Below are positions 1 to 11,033 of a DNA stretch of 64,000 nucleotides, piece by piece (position 1 is the stretch's first letter; each line of letters starts with the position of its first letter). Source of the DNA: an uncultured Acidobacteriota bacterium. GTDB lineage: Bacteria > Acidobacteriota > UBA6911. The position numbers were made by a program, and so were the translations under genes. The DNA lies in NCBI GenBank assembly GCA_963827655.1, contig CAWHCF010000031.1, forward strand, positions 128,001 through 192,000, given 5' to 3'. Under the pieces are notes generated by a model that saw only the letters and a program-made list of their open reading frames with translations, had not been told where the DNA came from and made no database searches.

Positions 1-30
1 TTAGCTGTGCCGCCAAGACACGAGGAATCA

Positions 31-666
31 TCAGAATTCCTTCCTCTCACTGAACATATTGCTCGTCTTGATTTCCACGTCGTCCCGGTCCTTTACCGCG
101 CGCCATACGAGATAGCCCCCGAGCAGAATAAAAACAAGAGGCCAGAGATGGTGCAAGAAGCGATAGGGAATCATGTTCTGGAGGAGAAAGAGAATACCCA
201 GGGCGATGAGGAACATGCCCCAACCGATGACTGACTTGTCTCTCGCCGGTTGAATCGCTTGTCTGCCCGGTTCGATCTGGATCCGTGTTCTTATTTCAGC
301 AGTACGATACGAATCGAACATAGTGAAGATAAGGAAGGTGAAAGCACCAAATCCGAACACACCGTGAACGTCGTCGCCCAGGATGACCAGGGAAGCAAAA
401 ACCGCAAAAAAGGTTATCGCTTTCAGGTACTCGCCGTTGTAGACGGCTCCCATGCCGGGAACGATAGAACAGAGGGCAGCGCGCTTGGGCGAGTCCGCCG
501 GGACACGAAGGTCTTTGACGGCAGCGGCCCACTCAGCTCCCCGGATCAAGCAATCCTGGCAGTAAGTCTTTGACTTGATTTGATGGGAGCACTCAGGGCA
601 GAGAGGCTTGTTACAGGTGGTGCAGAAACTCTGCGATTCCACGGTGGGATGGTACGAGCATTTCAT
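31..666 (-). CDS. B-box-like Zn-finger membrane protein with LiaF/DUF5668-like TM C-terminus
   Basis: N-terminal CxxHP-x6-CxxC-x3-LCxxC...YCxxC; TM2-like 'LCSIVPGMGAVYNGEY'; C-terminal 'GMFLIALGILFLL...LWPLVFILLGG'; downstream of the ECF/anti-sigma pair. Confidence 0.75.
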   Translation of the reverse strand: MKCSYHPTVESQSFCTTCNKPLCPECSHQIKSKTYCQDCLIRGAEWAAAVKDLRVPADSPKRAALCSIVPGMGAVYNGEYLKAITFFAVFASLVILGDDVHGVFGFGAFTFLIFTMFDSYRTAEIRTRIQIEPGRQAIQPARDKSVIGWGMFLIALGILFLLQNMIPYRFLHHLWPLVFILLGGYLVWRAVKDRDDVEIKTSNMFSERKEF

Positions 667-892
667 GCATGTTCTCCTTAGGCGTTACAAGAATTCTGCT
701 CCGTTCCCGGAGTCCAATTCTCTCGGACGGCTTCTCTAGGTCCTATCGATTTATGGCCCGGGCTTACGTCCGGCCAAACCTGACGCTCGCCACAACCCAG
801 CTGCAAGCTTTCAAATCGTGTTGTCGCCCGAGCTTTACGGACAGCTTGCCCTTTACCTGACAGAGTGACCGAGTTTTTCAATCCGCGTCCTT

Positions 893-1522
893 CTATGCAG
901 GCAGCAGCAGCATGCTACTTTTGTCGCTCGGGGCTTTTTCCTGCTGCTGCCCCGGTTCCCCCGAGTCTTGTTTTCCCTCCACGGGAACATCTAACTGCTC
1001 GATTATGAAACCTAGTTTATTGAAGACATTGTTTTTGAAGAATGTAAACTGTTCTTGTAGCTCGTTCTTTTTGTCGTAAGCCTTCAGTCCCTCGCTGTAG
1101 ATGCGCTGAACCCCCCGATCCATCTGGCGGAATATCTCCTTGGGAGAGAGCGCCGAGCTTACGGATGAGGCATGAGGCAACATCCAGTTGACCGTAAAAA
1201 CCAGAGTGAGGCTGGCCAAAGCGGCCCCGACCGCGAACCGCGGAGTGAACATTGGGCGAAAAACGTAAAGGGTAAGCAGCTCGCGCAGGGTTCTGGTGCG
1301 GGGCCGGCCGGAAGTCCGCAGAAGAATTCGCTCGAGCAGACCAAGGTCAAGCTCTACGGGGGGCAGAGTCTTGCAGGTCACCAGCATTGATCGGACATCG
1401 TCAAGCAAGCTAGAGCAGTTGCTGCATTGGTAAAGGTGTTCGGCGATTTGGGACATCTCCTGCGTTGGGAGGCTTCGATCCATGTAATTCGTAAGGTTTT
1501 CTTGAAAACGCTGACAGTTCAT
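893..1522 (-). CDS. Zinc-binding (ZAS/zf-HC2) anti-sigma factor, single TM
   Basis: MNCxxF...HLYQCSNC (HxxxCxxC) motif, one TM helix, 9 bp downstream of the ECF sigma. Confidence 0.85.
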   Translation of the reverse strand: MNCQRFQENLTNYMDRSLPTQEMSQIAEHLYQCSNCSSLLDDVRSMLVTCKTLPPVELDLGLLERILLRTSGRPRTRTLRELLTLYVFRPMFTPRFAVGAALASLTLVFTVNWMLPHASSVSSALSPKEIFRQMDRGVQRIYSEGLKAYDKKNELQEQFTFFKNNVFNKLGFIIEQLDVPVEGKQDSGEPGQQQEKAPSDKSSMLLLPA

Positions 1523-1531
1523 TCGTCCTCC

Positions 1532-2110
1532 CTAGACCTGAATTCCGGCCTGGGCGCGCCGTTTCACCAAAAGCTTGGCCAGCTCAATCCGCCCTCGATT
1601 AATGCGACTCTTCACGGTCCCCTCTGGAATATTCAGCAACCCAGCAATCTCCTGGTACGGCATGCCTTCAAGGTCTCGCAGGATGATGGCTTCCTTGAGT
1701 TCCGGCGACAGCGCCTGCAAACCGTCACGCAAAAAACGGGATGCCTCAGCTTGCTCCGCGGCTCGTTGAGGACTCGGTACTCGGTCGTCCATAAGGTTCA
1801 TCGTCTCCATTTCCTCGCTGCCCGCCGCGTGCTGATAACGTCTTGTCTGCCGGTAATGATCAATGATCAAATTCCGCGCAATTTTGAGAATCCAGTTCTG
1901 AAAGCTTCCGGCATCCATCCTGAAATTCTTGAGATTCTGATAAATCCGGATGAATATCTCCTGCGTCAGGTCCTCCGATTCATCTCTGCGGCCGGTGTAT
2001 CGATAGCTCAGGTTATAGATCCGTCGACCGTATGAAGTCACGATAGCTTCCCAGGCGGCGTCGTCTCCCTGAAGACAGCGCTCTACCAGTTTCCCGTCGC
2101 CTGAGAGCAC
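1532..2110 (-). CDS. ECF (sigma-24/SigW-like) RNA polymerase sigma factor
   Basis: Region 2 'EDLTQEIFIRIY...WILKIARNLIIDHYR' and region 4 'YQEIAGLLNIPEGTVKSRINRGR'; GTG start with AGGAG RBS. Confidence 0.95.
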   Translation of the reverse strand: MLSGDGKLVERCLQGDDAAWEAIVTSYGRRIYNLSYRYTGRRDESEDLTQEIFIRIYQNLKNFRMDAGSFQNWILKIARNLIIDHYRQTRRYQHAAGSEEMETMNLMDDRVPSPQRAAEQAEASRFLRDGLQALSPELKEAIILRDLEGMPYQEIAGLLNIPEGTVKSRINRGRIELAKLLVKRRAQAGIQV

Positions 2111-2150
2111 CCGTAACTCCTTGTCTTCAATCCCGTTTCCAAAAGAACGA

Positions 2151-2176
2151 AACGAACCATCTTAGGGCAAAGTTCA
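2151..2176 (-). promoter_or_regulatory. Putative ECF-type autoregulatory promoter
   Basis: Minus strand reads TGAAC-N17-CGTT (AAC...CGT), about 40 bp upstream of the ECF sigma start. Confidence 0.55.
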
Positions 2177-2575
2177 AAAAAAACGAGGCTGGGTCTCAGG
2201 GGTCCAGTTATGAGCCTTCGCGATCAAGCGAAATCAGCGGCAGTTGGGCGCGGTTGGCAAGGGTATAAGCCTTTATGCCCCGAGGCATCTTTCTTGTTTT
2301 TCGCCTTGAACAGACATTCTGCACGCGTCGGCTTGTCGAAGCAACCGTTGAGTCATTTATCATGTTCGCATCCTGAGGGCGACGTTCTTGTTCCGACGCC
2401 TGGAACGGGAAGACGGCGGCCACAGGAGGCCCATTTTCTTTATGCTTGACCTTTCCGGAGATTTCCTATTTATTTCGGCAACACCTTTGCACAGATAGAG
2501 TTGGGTGCCCACGAGGTAAAGAAAACGGAATCTGATGAAGAGGTGTTCTTCGTAACTTAGGTGTAGGGTTTGTCG

Positions 2576-3034
2576 ATGAAGTGTCCCTATTGCGGGCATG
2601 TAAAAGATCGGGTGGTGGATTCTCGTGAGAGTCGTGATGGGGATTCCATTCGCCGCCGCCGCCAGTGCTTGAATTGTTCGCGGCGTTTTACCAGTTACGA
2701 ACGTCTTGATGAAATCCCGTACATGGTCGTGAAGAAAGACGGGGGACGGGAGAAGTTTGAGCGCAGTAAAATTCTGAATGGCCTCCTCAAGGCTTGTGAG
2801 AAAAGGCCTGTCAGTCTCACGCAGCTCGAAAAGATCGTCGATCAGGTCGAGCTTCAAGTGCAGGAAAGCCCGGAAAGGGAGCTTGAATCAGTGGCCATTG
2901 GAAAGATTTTACTCTCCGAGTTACGAAAACTGGACAAAGTGGCTTATCTTCGGTTCGCTTCAGTGTACCTCGAATTTGAGGACGTCTCGGAATTCATGAC
3001 CGAGATCAACGAGCTTTTCGAGAAGAAGGTCTAA
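2576..3034 (+). CDS. nrdR: Transcriptional repressor NrdR
   Basis: MKCPYC...RVVDSRE...IRRRRQC...RFTSYE Zn ribbon, ATP-cone, 'DKVAYLRFASVY'. Confidence 0.97.
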   Translation: MKCPYCGHVKDRVVDSRESRDGDSIRRRRQCLNCSRRFTSYERLDEIPYMVVKKDGGREKFERSKILNGLLKACEKRPVSLTQLEKIVDQVELQVQESPERELESVAIGKILLSELRKLDKVAYLRFASVYLEFEDVSEFMTEINELFEKKV

Positions 3035-3110
3035 CGCCGTCGCGTCCTCTCGGGTCCTTGGTGGCTTGAGGCACGGGTAAAACAGATGCCCAAGTTCAGA
3101 AAATCGCCGG

Positions 3111-3524
3111 ATGAAGGAGTGCCCGCGGTACGCGGATGACCTGTTGTTTCACACGGAAGGGTTCCTCGATCGCCTGTCCGTGGGAACCTGGGCTCCAAAC
3201 GTCGATCTTTGCGAAACCGCCGGTACCGTTGTGGTGAGGGTGGAGTTGCCGGGCGTCGATCCAGGTGATGTGATCCTGACGATGCGAGATGGTGTGTTGC
3301 GGCTTCAGGGAATCAAGCGCGAACCTGCAGTCTCTCACAAGTTGCTTTGTTATTATTGCGTCGAGAGACGATACGGGCGATTCAGCCGAGAAATTCGAAT
3401 CCACTCGGTGGTTAATCCTCAGCGCGCCCGGGCGCATCTAAAGAATGGCATTCTCACGCTCGAAATGCCCAAACTTGCGGAGCGGCGCGGGAAGCCACTC
3501 GAGATTCCGATCACAAAGAAGTGA
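3111..3524 (+). CDS. Small heat-shock protein (Hsp20/alpha-crystallin)
   Basis: 'WAPNVDLCET...VELPGV...ERRYGRFSREI...A.LKNGILTLEMPK'; start uncertain. Confidence 0.9.
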   Translation: MKECPRYADDLLFHTEGFLDRLSVGTWAPNVDLCETAGTVVVRVELPGVDPGDVILTMRDGVLRLQGIKREPAVSHKLLCYYCVERRYGRFSREIRIHSVVNPQRARAHLKNGILTLEMPKLAERRGKPLEIPITKK

Positions 3525-3578
3525 AACTTCACTCCTGGATCAGGAATCGAATCTAGCCGAAAGGACGCCAGATCACTT

Positions 3579-5939
3579 ATGCCGGATGCGGAGATTAAAC
3601 AAAGTGAGAGTAGACAGGAGGAGCAGATCCAGATACCGGAGATCCTCCCCGTAGTACCTCTACCGGACGTCGTTACATTTCCTTACATGATCGTTCCTCT
3701 CGTGGTTTCCGTCGATCGCGCCATCCGCGCGGTTGACCAGGCCCTTACGCAGAATCGACTGGTCTTCCTGGTCACCCAACGCGACCAGGAAGTCGGCAAC
3801 CCTGGGCCGACGGACATGTATGAGATCGGCACTGTTGGGATGGTGATCCGGATGCTAAAGATGCCGGATCAGAACGTGAGGGTCCTGGTTCAGTGTATTA
3901 CGCGCGCCCGAGTTCGAACCTGGGAGGACAAGCTCCCCTACGTGCAGGCCAATATCGAAGTGATCGAGGAGACCAGACCTGAAATTCCCGGGCTCGAGCT
4001 CGAAGCGCTGACTCGCAATGTCAATGCCGCCTTGGAGAAGGCCGTGTCTCTCGGCAAGAACGTTTCGCAGGAGATCATGGCTGTCGTCGCGAACATGGAC
4101 GACCCTGGCCGGCTAGCCGACCTGGCGGCTTCGAATCTATCGCTACGAGTCGAGGACGCTCAGGAAATCCTCTCCACTCTGGATCCGTTGAAACGACTCC
4201 ATCGTGTGCACGAGCTTTTGACGCGGGAGGTGGAGCTGCTTACGGTCCAGAATGAGATCAACAGCCAGGCAAAGGGGGAGATCGACAAAGGTCAACGCGA
4301 ATTCTTTCTCCGGCAGCAGCTCAAGGCCATTCAGACCGAACTGGGTGAAGGAAACGATCTCATCGAGGAGGTCCGGAGATACATTAAGAGAGCGGATGAG
4401 GCCAAAATGCCGCAGGAGGCTCGAGAAGAGTTCGATCGCCAGGTGCGGCGCCTCGAGCGCATGCATCCTGATTCAGCCGAAACTGCCACGGTCCGCACCT
4501 ACCTGGACTGGATGGTCGGCCTTCCTTGGAGTCGCAAGACTGCGGATAACCTTAACCTTCAGAAAGCGCGAAAGATTCTCAATGAGGATCATTACGGCCT
4601 GGAAAGAATCAAGGAGAGAATCCTGGAACATCTGGCTGTGCGCAAGCTGAAGCAGGATACGCGAAGTCCGATCCTCTGCTTCGTCGGTCCGCCGGGAACC
4701 GGCAAGACGTCTCTGGGCAAGTCCATCGCGCGATCACTGGGGCGGAAGTTCGTCCGGATCAGTCTTGGAGGCGTTCACGATGAGGCCGAGATTCGGGGAC
4801 ATCGGCGGACTTACGTCGGAGCCATGCCCGGCAGAATGATTCAGGGGTTACACCAGGCCGGCTCTCAAAATCCCGTCTTCATGATGGACGAAGTCGACAA
4901 GATCGGAGCCGATTTTCGCGGAGATCCCTCTTCCGCCCTGCTCGAGGTACTCGATCCCGAGCAGAACAGTACTTTTCGGGATAACTACCTCGGGGTTCCA
5001 TTCGATCTTTCAAACGTGCTTTTCATCACGACCGCGAATGTACTGGACACTATCCAGCCCGCCTTTCGCGACCGGATGGAGGTGATTTACCTTTCCGGTT
5101 ACACCGAAGAAGAAAAATTGCAAATCGCAAAGCGCCATCTGATCCCCAGGCAGATCGAGGCCCATGGGCTGAAAGGCGAGGATTTGATTTTTTCTGATGA
5201 CGTGGTTCGCGAAGTGATTCGGGGATACACACGCGAGGCCGGGCTGCGTAACCTCGAGAGAGAAATTGCCACCATCTGCCGGAAAGTGGCGATGAAATTC
5301 GCGCTGGGTAAACGCAAACCGATTGAACTGAGCGTCGTTAAGCTAGGCCAATACCTCGGGCCAAGACGTATCATTCCTGAAGAACGTCTTGCCAAAGATC
5401 AGGTTGGTATTGCCACTGGACTGGCCTGGACGCCGGTCGGAGGAGATCTGCTGTACGTCGAGGCTCAGGCAATGACCGGAAGAGGAAATCTGATTCTCAC
5501 GGGACAGATGGGAGAAGTAATGAAGGAGTCCGCCCAGGCGGCCCTGAGTTACGCGCGAGCTCATGCCGTCGAGTACAACATCGAGCGGGACTTCTTTTCA
5601 TCCCACGATTTTCATATCCATATTCCGGAGGGCTCGATTCCCAAAGATGGACCGTCAGCGGGAATCACGCTCGCGTCTGCGTTGGTTTCGGCTTGTACGG
5701 GGCGTCCCGTGGACAAGAGCATAGCCATGACTGGAGAGATAACATTACGGGGAGACGTGCTTCCGGTAGGAGGGATCAAGGAGAAGGTCCTGGCGGCTCA
5801 CCGGGGTCAGGTCAACACCGTGATGCTTCCTCGCCAGAACAAGAAGGACCTTGGAGAGATCCCCAAAGAACTGAGACAGCACATTAAGGTCATTTTGGTG
5901 GACAAAATGACCGATGTCCTGAAGCGCGCCCTGATCTAG
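3579..5939 (+). CDS. lon: ATP-dependent Lon protease
   Basis: LON N-domain, Walker [10 protein letters not shown], '[13 protein letters not shown]', catalytic 'PKDGPSAG', 'GGIKEK'. Confidence 0.98.
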   Translation: MPDAEIKQSESRQEEQIQIPEILPVVPLPDVVTFPYMIVPLVVSVDRAIRAVDQALTQNRLVFLVTQRDQEVGNPGPTDMYEIGTVGMVIRMLKMPDQNVRVLVQCITRARVRTWEDKLPYVQANIEVIEETRPEIPGLELEALTRNVNAALEKAVSLGKNVSQEIMAVVANMDDPGRLADLAASNLSLRVEDAQEILSTLDPLKRLHRVHELLTREVELLTVQNEINSQAKGEIDKGQREFFLRQQLKAIQTELGEGNDLIEEVRRYIKRADEAKMPQEAREEFDRQVRRLERMHPDSAETATVRTYLDWMVGLPWSRKTADNLNLQKARKILNEDHYGLERIKERILEHLAVRKLKQDTRSPILCFVGPPGTGKTSLGKSIARSLGRKFVRISLGGVHDEAEIRGHRRTYVGAMPGRMIQGLHQAGSQNPVFMMDEVDKIGADFRGDPSSALLEVLDPEQNSTFRDNYLGVPFDLSNVLFITTANVLDTIQPAFRDRMEVIYLSGYTEEEKLQIAKRHLIPRQIEAHGLKGEDLIFSDDVVREVIRGYTREAGLRNLEREIATICRKVAMKFALGKRKPIELSVVKLGQYLGPRRIIPEERLAKDQVGIATGLAWTPVGGDLLYVEAQAMTGRGNLILTGQMGEVMKESAQAALSYARAHAVEYNIERDFFSSHDFHIHIPEGSIPKDGPSAGITLASALVSACTGRPVDKSIAMTGEITLRGDVLPVGGIKEKVLAAHRGQVNTVMLPRQNKKDLGEIPKELRQHIKVILVDKMTDVLKRALI

Positions 5940-6031
5940 TGGAGGGCAACCGCTCAATTCCTGCGCTGTGCTCTCTCCCAATCGGAAGTCCTTAGCGGAT
6001 CTTTGTACCTTCGCGCCTTCGTGGTAAACGG

Positions 6032-7130
6032 GTGATCACTAAAATCGCTTCGTACGGGAAGCCTGGGCCAGCACCCAGGAGCGAGGACCAGATCGTTCGC
6101 TTGCTTCGGGACCGGTTTGGAGGCCGAAGCGCCTCGCTCAGGATGGGGATTGGAGACGATGCGGCCGTCTTTCATCCGGCAGGCGCCAGAGAATACTGGG
6201 CTTTCAGCACCGACATGCTGCTGGAGGATGTCGACTTCCGCAAAGAGTGGAGCGGGCCGCGCCAATTGGGTCACAAGGCCCTGGCCGTCAACCTTAGCGA
6301 TCTGGCTGCCATGGGTGTGCGGCCCCGGTTTCACACCGTTTCCTTGGGTATTCCGGAAGGCATCTCGCAGCGTTGGATCAAGGATTTTTATCAGGGGATG
6401 GCAAAACTGGCCGAACGCCACCGCGTCATCCTGGTGGGTGGAGACCTTTCCCATTCCGCGCATTCTATTCACATCTCGGTAGCTATCCTGGGCGAGTCCA
6501 ATCGGAGAAAAGTCGTGTACCGCTCGGGCGGAAACCCCGGAGACTTTCTCTACGTAACCGGAATTCTGGGAAGATCCGCATCCGGATTAAGCTTGTTGCG
6601 GCGAGGGGTAGTCAAAGGCGATTCGCCGGCTGAACGTGAAGCCCTGGCATGGCACAGGACGCCCGAACCGAGATGCGAGGTGGGTTCCTGGTTAGCCGCT
6701 CACGGTTTCGCGCGCGCAATGATAGACCTGAGCGACGGTCTATCGATGGACTTGAGACGTCTGGTCAGGGAATCCGGCACCGGCGCCGAAATCTACTCCT
6801 CCGCGCTACCAGTCTTCGAACACTCGCGTGCGTGGGGATGTGATCCCCTCGAACTTGGTTTCTACGGGGGCGAGGACTACGAACTTCTGTTTTCGGTGCC
6901 GCCGGCGCGAGTGTCGGCGCTCGAGAGACACTATCCACAGAAATACCCGCGGATCAGTAGAATCGGGCGGCTTATACGCAAGCCAGGCCTTATTGTACTG
7001 ATGGAGCAGCCAGGGGCGCGGCGAGCGTCGACTGCCGGACCTTGGCTTCGATCACTTTAGGATTCAGAGTACCAGCCCGAAAGCCGCTACCAGGACGCAA
7101 CCACGCAAGAAACACCGGGAATCCCGCTAA
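6032..7130 (+). CDS. thiL: Thiamine-monophosphate kinase; apparent +1 frameshift near the 3' end
   Basis: 'GIGDDAA', 'VNLSDLAAMG', 'MIDLSDGL', 'GGEDYELL'. The track ORF stops at 7060, but the conserved C-terminal GFDHF motif lies in the +1 frame, which stops at TAA 7128-7130. Confidence 0.9.
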
Positions 7131-7415
7131 AAACGAAAGAGCGGTCCGGGGCCAAGCAAGGCCAAGCAACTTTCTTTCGATCGACGCATCGAATAAGCAA
7201 CTCTTGTTTCTTGAAGTCTGATTTGGGTCTGCCAGAATTGTTGTTGTGAATCTGAGATTCGTGATTTGAGCACGGCTCTCGCAGACGACTTAACGCGGCG
7301 CGTTTGCCTGTCAGACCTCTTCGTTGAAAGAATTGCCACTCCCTCGGCGTCTGATACATTCAAGAGCGTCACGAGCTTGATTTGAGAGAATTCTCTCGCC
7401 TGGAAATACTGAAGT

Positions 7416-7898
7416 ATGGTTCGAAGAAAGTTCCGGCACTATCTTCGCCGATTGCTTGCGCTGGACGATACACCCGAACGGATTGCTCTGGCTTTTGCGC
7501 TGGGAGTGTTCCTCGCCTTCAGCCCGCTGGTTGGGTTACACACGGTCTTGGGCCTGGCGATAGCTTTTCTGTTCAGGCTGAATCGCGTGGCACTGCTGAT
7601 TGGCTTGTTCGTGAATAATCCCTGGACGCTTGTCCCGATTTACGTCGCCGGCGGCTACATCGGAGGACTGATACTGGGCTATCCTGCGCAGACTGCAGTT
7701 CCGGATTTCGGCTGGAGCGAGCTTTGGAAAACGCAGTTCTGGGTGGAACTCGGCAGGCAGTGGCGTCTGTTGATACCGGTGGCGCTGGGATCCTTCATAT
7801 TGTCTGTTTTCTTCGCCATACTTTCTTATCCGCTCGCGTTGTACCTGCTGAAGCAGGGCAGAGTTTATCGATCCCGCTGGGACTCGACAGTTCCTTGA
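7416..7898 (+). CDS. DUF2062-family membrane protein
   Basis: 'DTPERIALAFALGVFLAFSP..G.HT...RLNRVA...NNPWT' pattern. Confidence 0.85.
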   Translation: MVRRKFRHYLRRLLALDDTPERIALAFALGVFLAFSPLVGLHTVLGLAIAFLFRLNRVALLIGLFVNNPWTLVPIYVAGGYIGGLILGYPAQTAVPDFGWSELWKTQFWVELGRQWRLLIPVALGSFILSVFFAILSYPLALYLLKQGRVYRSRWDSTVP

Positions 7899-8002
7899 CC
7901 CGGCCGGCGCGTGTTCTCTATCATTCATCGTCGAAGGCTTTGCGTCTTTTGGTTTCTGTCCGAGCCATCTCCGAAAGACGCCCCAAGTCCTCAAGGGGCC
8001 TC

Positions 8003-9520
8003 ATGCGCGCGTCTGCCGTCGCTGTCTTGACTCTCTGGATCCTGTCCTTCCAACCTCCATCGGTCGCCGGCGCTCAACTCATAGAGGGTTTGGTGAACAT
8101 TAGATTTCAGCCCGACGTCCGCGTGTTTGCGGTAATGGCGGCTATAAACGCCGGAGGTTTCGAGATTGATGCGCGAAACCTGGAACAAAACCCGGCGCGC
8201 AGGATTACTCGGGAGCGGCTGAGTCGAGTGAACCCGGACTTGCTGGCGCGGATTCAGAGATTCTATCAGAGCCGCAACGTGGAGTTGGACGACGTAAAGC
8301 AACAGAGCAAGTACGTCTCCTTTGCTCTCATCTTACGAGGGCCACCGGAGTTCAAACTGGAGGTTAAGGCAAAACAGTTGCCTCCCGATACTCACGCGCT
8401 CATAGGATTCGAAACGCTGGTCAAAGAACTGTGGGAGCAGGGAGGTTTACAGCAACTTTGGGAGGAGGTCCGGCCCTACTATGCCCAGGAAGTCGAGAAC
8501 TATCGCCCGCTGATCCATCGCATGATACTGGATACTCTGCGCTATTTTCGTACGGACGCTCGGGTTGCGCTGGATCGGGAAGTGGTTTTCATACCGGATC
8601 CTCTCAATGGCTACGGCATCGTGAACGCTCGCAACGTCGATCCGGATTACATTCTTGTTGTCGGTCCTTCTCGTGCAAGTCGAAGGCCTACAGCCTCAGT
8701 TCGACACGAATACCTTCACTTCATGATCGATCCGCTGATCGTGAAGTACTCGGAATCACTTCCGCCCCGGGAACCATTCCTGGAAATGGTGCGCCGGCTT
8801 CCTGATCGTCTTGCGCGCTACGAGAACGATCTCGCTCTTGTGGTGTCAGAATCACTCATTCAGGTCGTGGAACTGAGATTGGACAAAAAGGCAGACATTC
8901 CGGCGACCGAAGCTATCATCGAAGACTACGAGGAGGGATTAATTCTGGCACCCTATTTTGACGAGGGACTGGATAGGTTTGAAGCTCGGCAGGACTCGTT
9001 TCAGGAGTTCGTGCCTGAACTCATTCGTGGAATTCAGCTGGAGAACGAAAAGGAACACGCCGACAGGATACACCGGTTGAAGGCCGATTTGACCAAGCTG
9101 CGGTCCTCAGCTGCCAAGGCAGAGCAATCGCGATCGGGCTCAGCGGATGAAGTGCGAAATCTGCTCGCGCGCGGCAATCAGCTTTTACTCGACCGGCAAT
9201 TCAGCGAGGCAAAGGAGATTCTGGAACAAGTCTTAAAACTTGATTCTGATAACGCGAGCGCAATGTTCGGACTCGCTCAGGTTTTAACCCAGGCACAGGA
9301 CTTTGATCGCGCCCTCGACCTGTATGCGCGGGCTGCAGACCGGCCCGGTACCGAAACATGGATCCGTGCCTGGTGTTTCGTGCGGCGCGGAAATATTCGT
9401 CGTTTTCAGGGAGATATCACTCAGGCGAGGCAGGAATGGAGCAGGGTTCAGGAACTTCAGGGCGACCTGAAAGGCGCGGCGGAAGCTGCCGGCAAAGCGC
9501 TGGCCGAAACCACCCCCTGA
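8003..9520 (+). CDS. Exported protein with HExxH motif and C-terminal TPR repeats
   Basis: Signal peptide from ATG 8003 (MRASAVAVLTLWIL), 'VRHEYLHF', C-terminal TPR helices. Confidence 0.75.
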   Translation: MRASAVAVLTLWILSFQPPSVAGAQLIEGLVNIRFQPDVRVFAVMAAINAGGFEIDARNLEQNPARRITRERLSRVNPDLLARIQRFYQSRNVELDDVKQQSKYVSFALILRGPPEFKLEVKAKQLPPDTHALIGFETLVKELWEQGGLQQLWEEVRPYYAQEVENYRPLIHRMILDTLRYFRTDARVALDREVVFIPDPLNGYGIVNARNVDPDYILVVGPSRASRRPTASVRHEYLHFMIDPLIVKYSESLPPREPFLEMVRRLPDRLARYENDLALVVSESLIQVVELRLDKKADIPATEAIIEDYEEGLILAPYFDEGLDRFEARQDSFQEFVPELIRGIQLENEKEHADRIHRLKADLTKLRSSAAKAEQSRSGSADEVRNLLARGNQLLLDRQFSEAKEILEQVLKLDSDNASAMFGLAQVLTQAQDFDRALDLYARAADRPGTETWIRAWCFVRRGNIRRFQGDITQARQEWSRVQELQGDLKGAAEAAGKALAETTP

Positions 9521-9720
9521 TGGAAGCCAACCCACCCGGACACGAGACGTAGGCAAGCGAAGGCCCGCCCGAACCCAGGAACTCACCAGACACTTAGCAT
9601 TACCCACCACGCAAGATTCAAGCTTTCTTAACGTTTGGCCCGCGAGTACAATTTGAAATCGTCGAGGGGGTCAAGCCGATCGTTTGTCATTTCTATTTCA
9701 ATTCATTCCGGCGTGGAGAG

Positions 9721-10830
9721 ATGATGCGAAAAATATACCTTACAGGAATTGGATTCTTTATTTTGTTTTTCTCCCCTGCTCGCTTGATGGCTCAGAAAGA
9801 CCCGTTCGAAAATCGTTGGGAAGGCGAAAAAAGGGAAGGAGCTGCTTACGGGGCACGAATCTTGAGCCCCCAGGACAACAATGAAGTTCTGTTCAAGGTA
9901 GATCGAGAGAGGTTAGATACCGGCGTCCAGGCCAAGGAGCCGGCCGATCCCGTAGTTCTAAACCACCGATTCGATATCAGAGGTGATCTAACCGGTCGCT
10001 GGGAACTCCTGGGAGACCAGACGGTCGATTTGAGCTACAACCTGAAAGGGGTTGATGATCTTGCGGCCCAGGCTACTCCGCCTGCAAAACCCCAGGTGGG
10101 ACAGGCCCCCTCCAAGGCAGAAGAAGACGATTTTAGCAAGTTGCTTGCCGAGAACGATGCTGCGGCCAAGAAACGAATGATCGATGAGTTCCTTCAGAAA
10201 TATCCCGAGTCGGGATTGACTGGCCAGGTGCACAGGGTGGCTGCGGATCTTGGGCAACGTACAAACAATGCCGACATGATAATCAAACATGGTGAGAGGG
10301 CTCTCGTAGCTTTTCCCGAGGATTTTCCCGTAATGAGCATCCTGGCCAACGCTTACGTGGAACGGAATGAGCTCGACAAGTCAGAGGAGCTGGCGACGAG
10401 GGCTCTGGAGTTAATCGGTGGATTTCAAAAACCGGCCCAGATGCCGGAGGAAGAATGGACGACGACCAAGAAGGCGCTGATGGGGGGAAACTTCTCCACA
10501 CTTGGCATGATTCACCTGCGCCGTGCCCAGGCCGCTCAGAATCCTGCCGAGAAAAAGAGCGGCGCGGAAAAAGCAGTCGCTCCGCTGAAGAAGGCGATCG
10601 AGAACCAGCCGAAGGACGATTACTCTTACTATTACCTTGGGTTTGCCTACGTCCTGCTCAATGACTATTCCAATGCCGAATCTTCCCTGGCCAAGGCGGT
10701 TGCCCTCAACGGTGTGGCCTCGCCCAATGCGCGGAAGTTACTGGAAGACTTATACAAAACACAGCACAAGAACAGTCTCGAGGGACTGGATAAGGTGATT
10801 GCCAAAGCGAAGAGCGAATTGGAACCCTAG
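9721..10830 (+). CDS. Exported TPR-repeat protein
   Basis: Signal peptide, Pro-rich linker, TPR motifs such as 'YSYYYLGFAYVLLNDYSNAESSLAKAVAL'. Confidence 0.8.
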   Translation: MMRKIYLTGIGFFILFFSPARLMAQKDPFENRWEGEKREGAAYGARILSPQDNNEVLFKVDRERLDTGVQAKEPADPVVLNHRFDIRGDLTGRWELLGDQTVDLSYNLKGVDDLAAQATPPAKPQVGQAPSKAEEDDFSKLLAENDAAAKKRMIDEFLQKYPESGLTGQVHRVAADLGQRTNNADMIIKHGERALVAFPEDFPVMSILANAYVERNELDKSEELATRALELIGGFQKPAQMPEEEWTTTKKALMGGNFSTLGMIHLRRAQAAQNPAEKKSGAEKAVAPLKKAIENQPKDDYSYYYLGFAYVLLNDYSNAESSLAKAVALNGVASPNARKLLEDLYKTQHKNSLEGLDKVIAKAKSELEP

Positions 10831-10843
10831 GGTTCGTGCATAA

Positions 10844-10930
10844 AAATTCGGTGACAGGCACCAAATTGCTTCGCAAAACACCAGTGTTTAGCCTCTCTAA
10901 CCGCGCAATTTGGTGCCTGTCACCGAATTT
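10844..10930. repeat. 87-bp palindromic element with perfect 26-bp inverted arms (repeat family B, copy 1)
   Basis: AAATTCGGTGACAGGCACCAAATTGC (10844-10869) and its exact reverse complement (10905-10930); second copy at 15255-15338. Confidence 0.9.
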
Positions 10931-11033
10931 CACAACAGACGCAAAGACACCGCACTGAGAATCCGTGCTCGTCACTTGCGAACTAATTAAGTAAGTCAAG
11001 GGCGAAAGCCTCAGGTTCGTTCGCGAGGAATTC

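Noticed and set aside
2480-2570. NrdR-box-like strings upstream of nrdR
   Set aside because: Matches are too degenerate to call by eye.
7724-8002. N-terminal extension of the 598-aa ORF (similar extensions on serS, parA, CBS and the enolase)
   Set aside because: These overlap upstream genes or repeats; downstream starts give proper signal peptides, RBSs or conserved N-termini.
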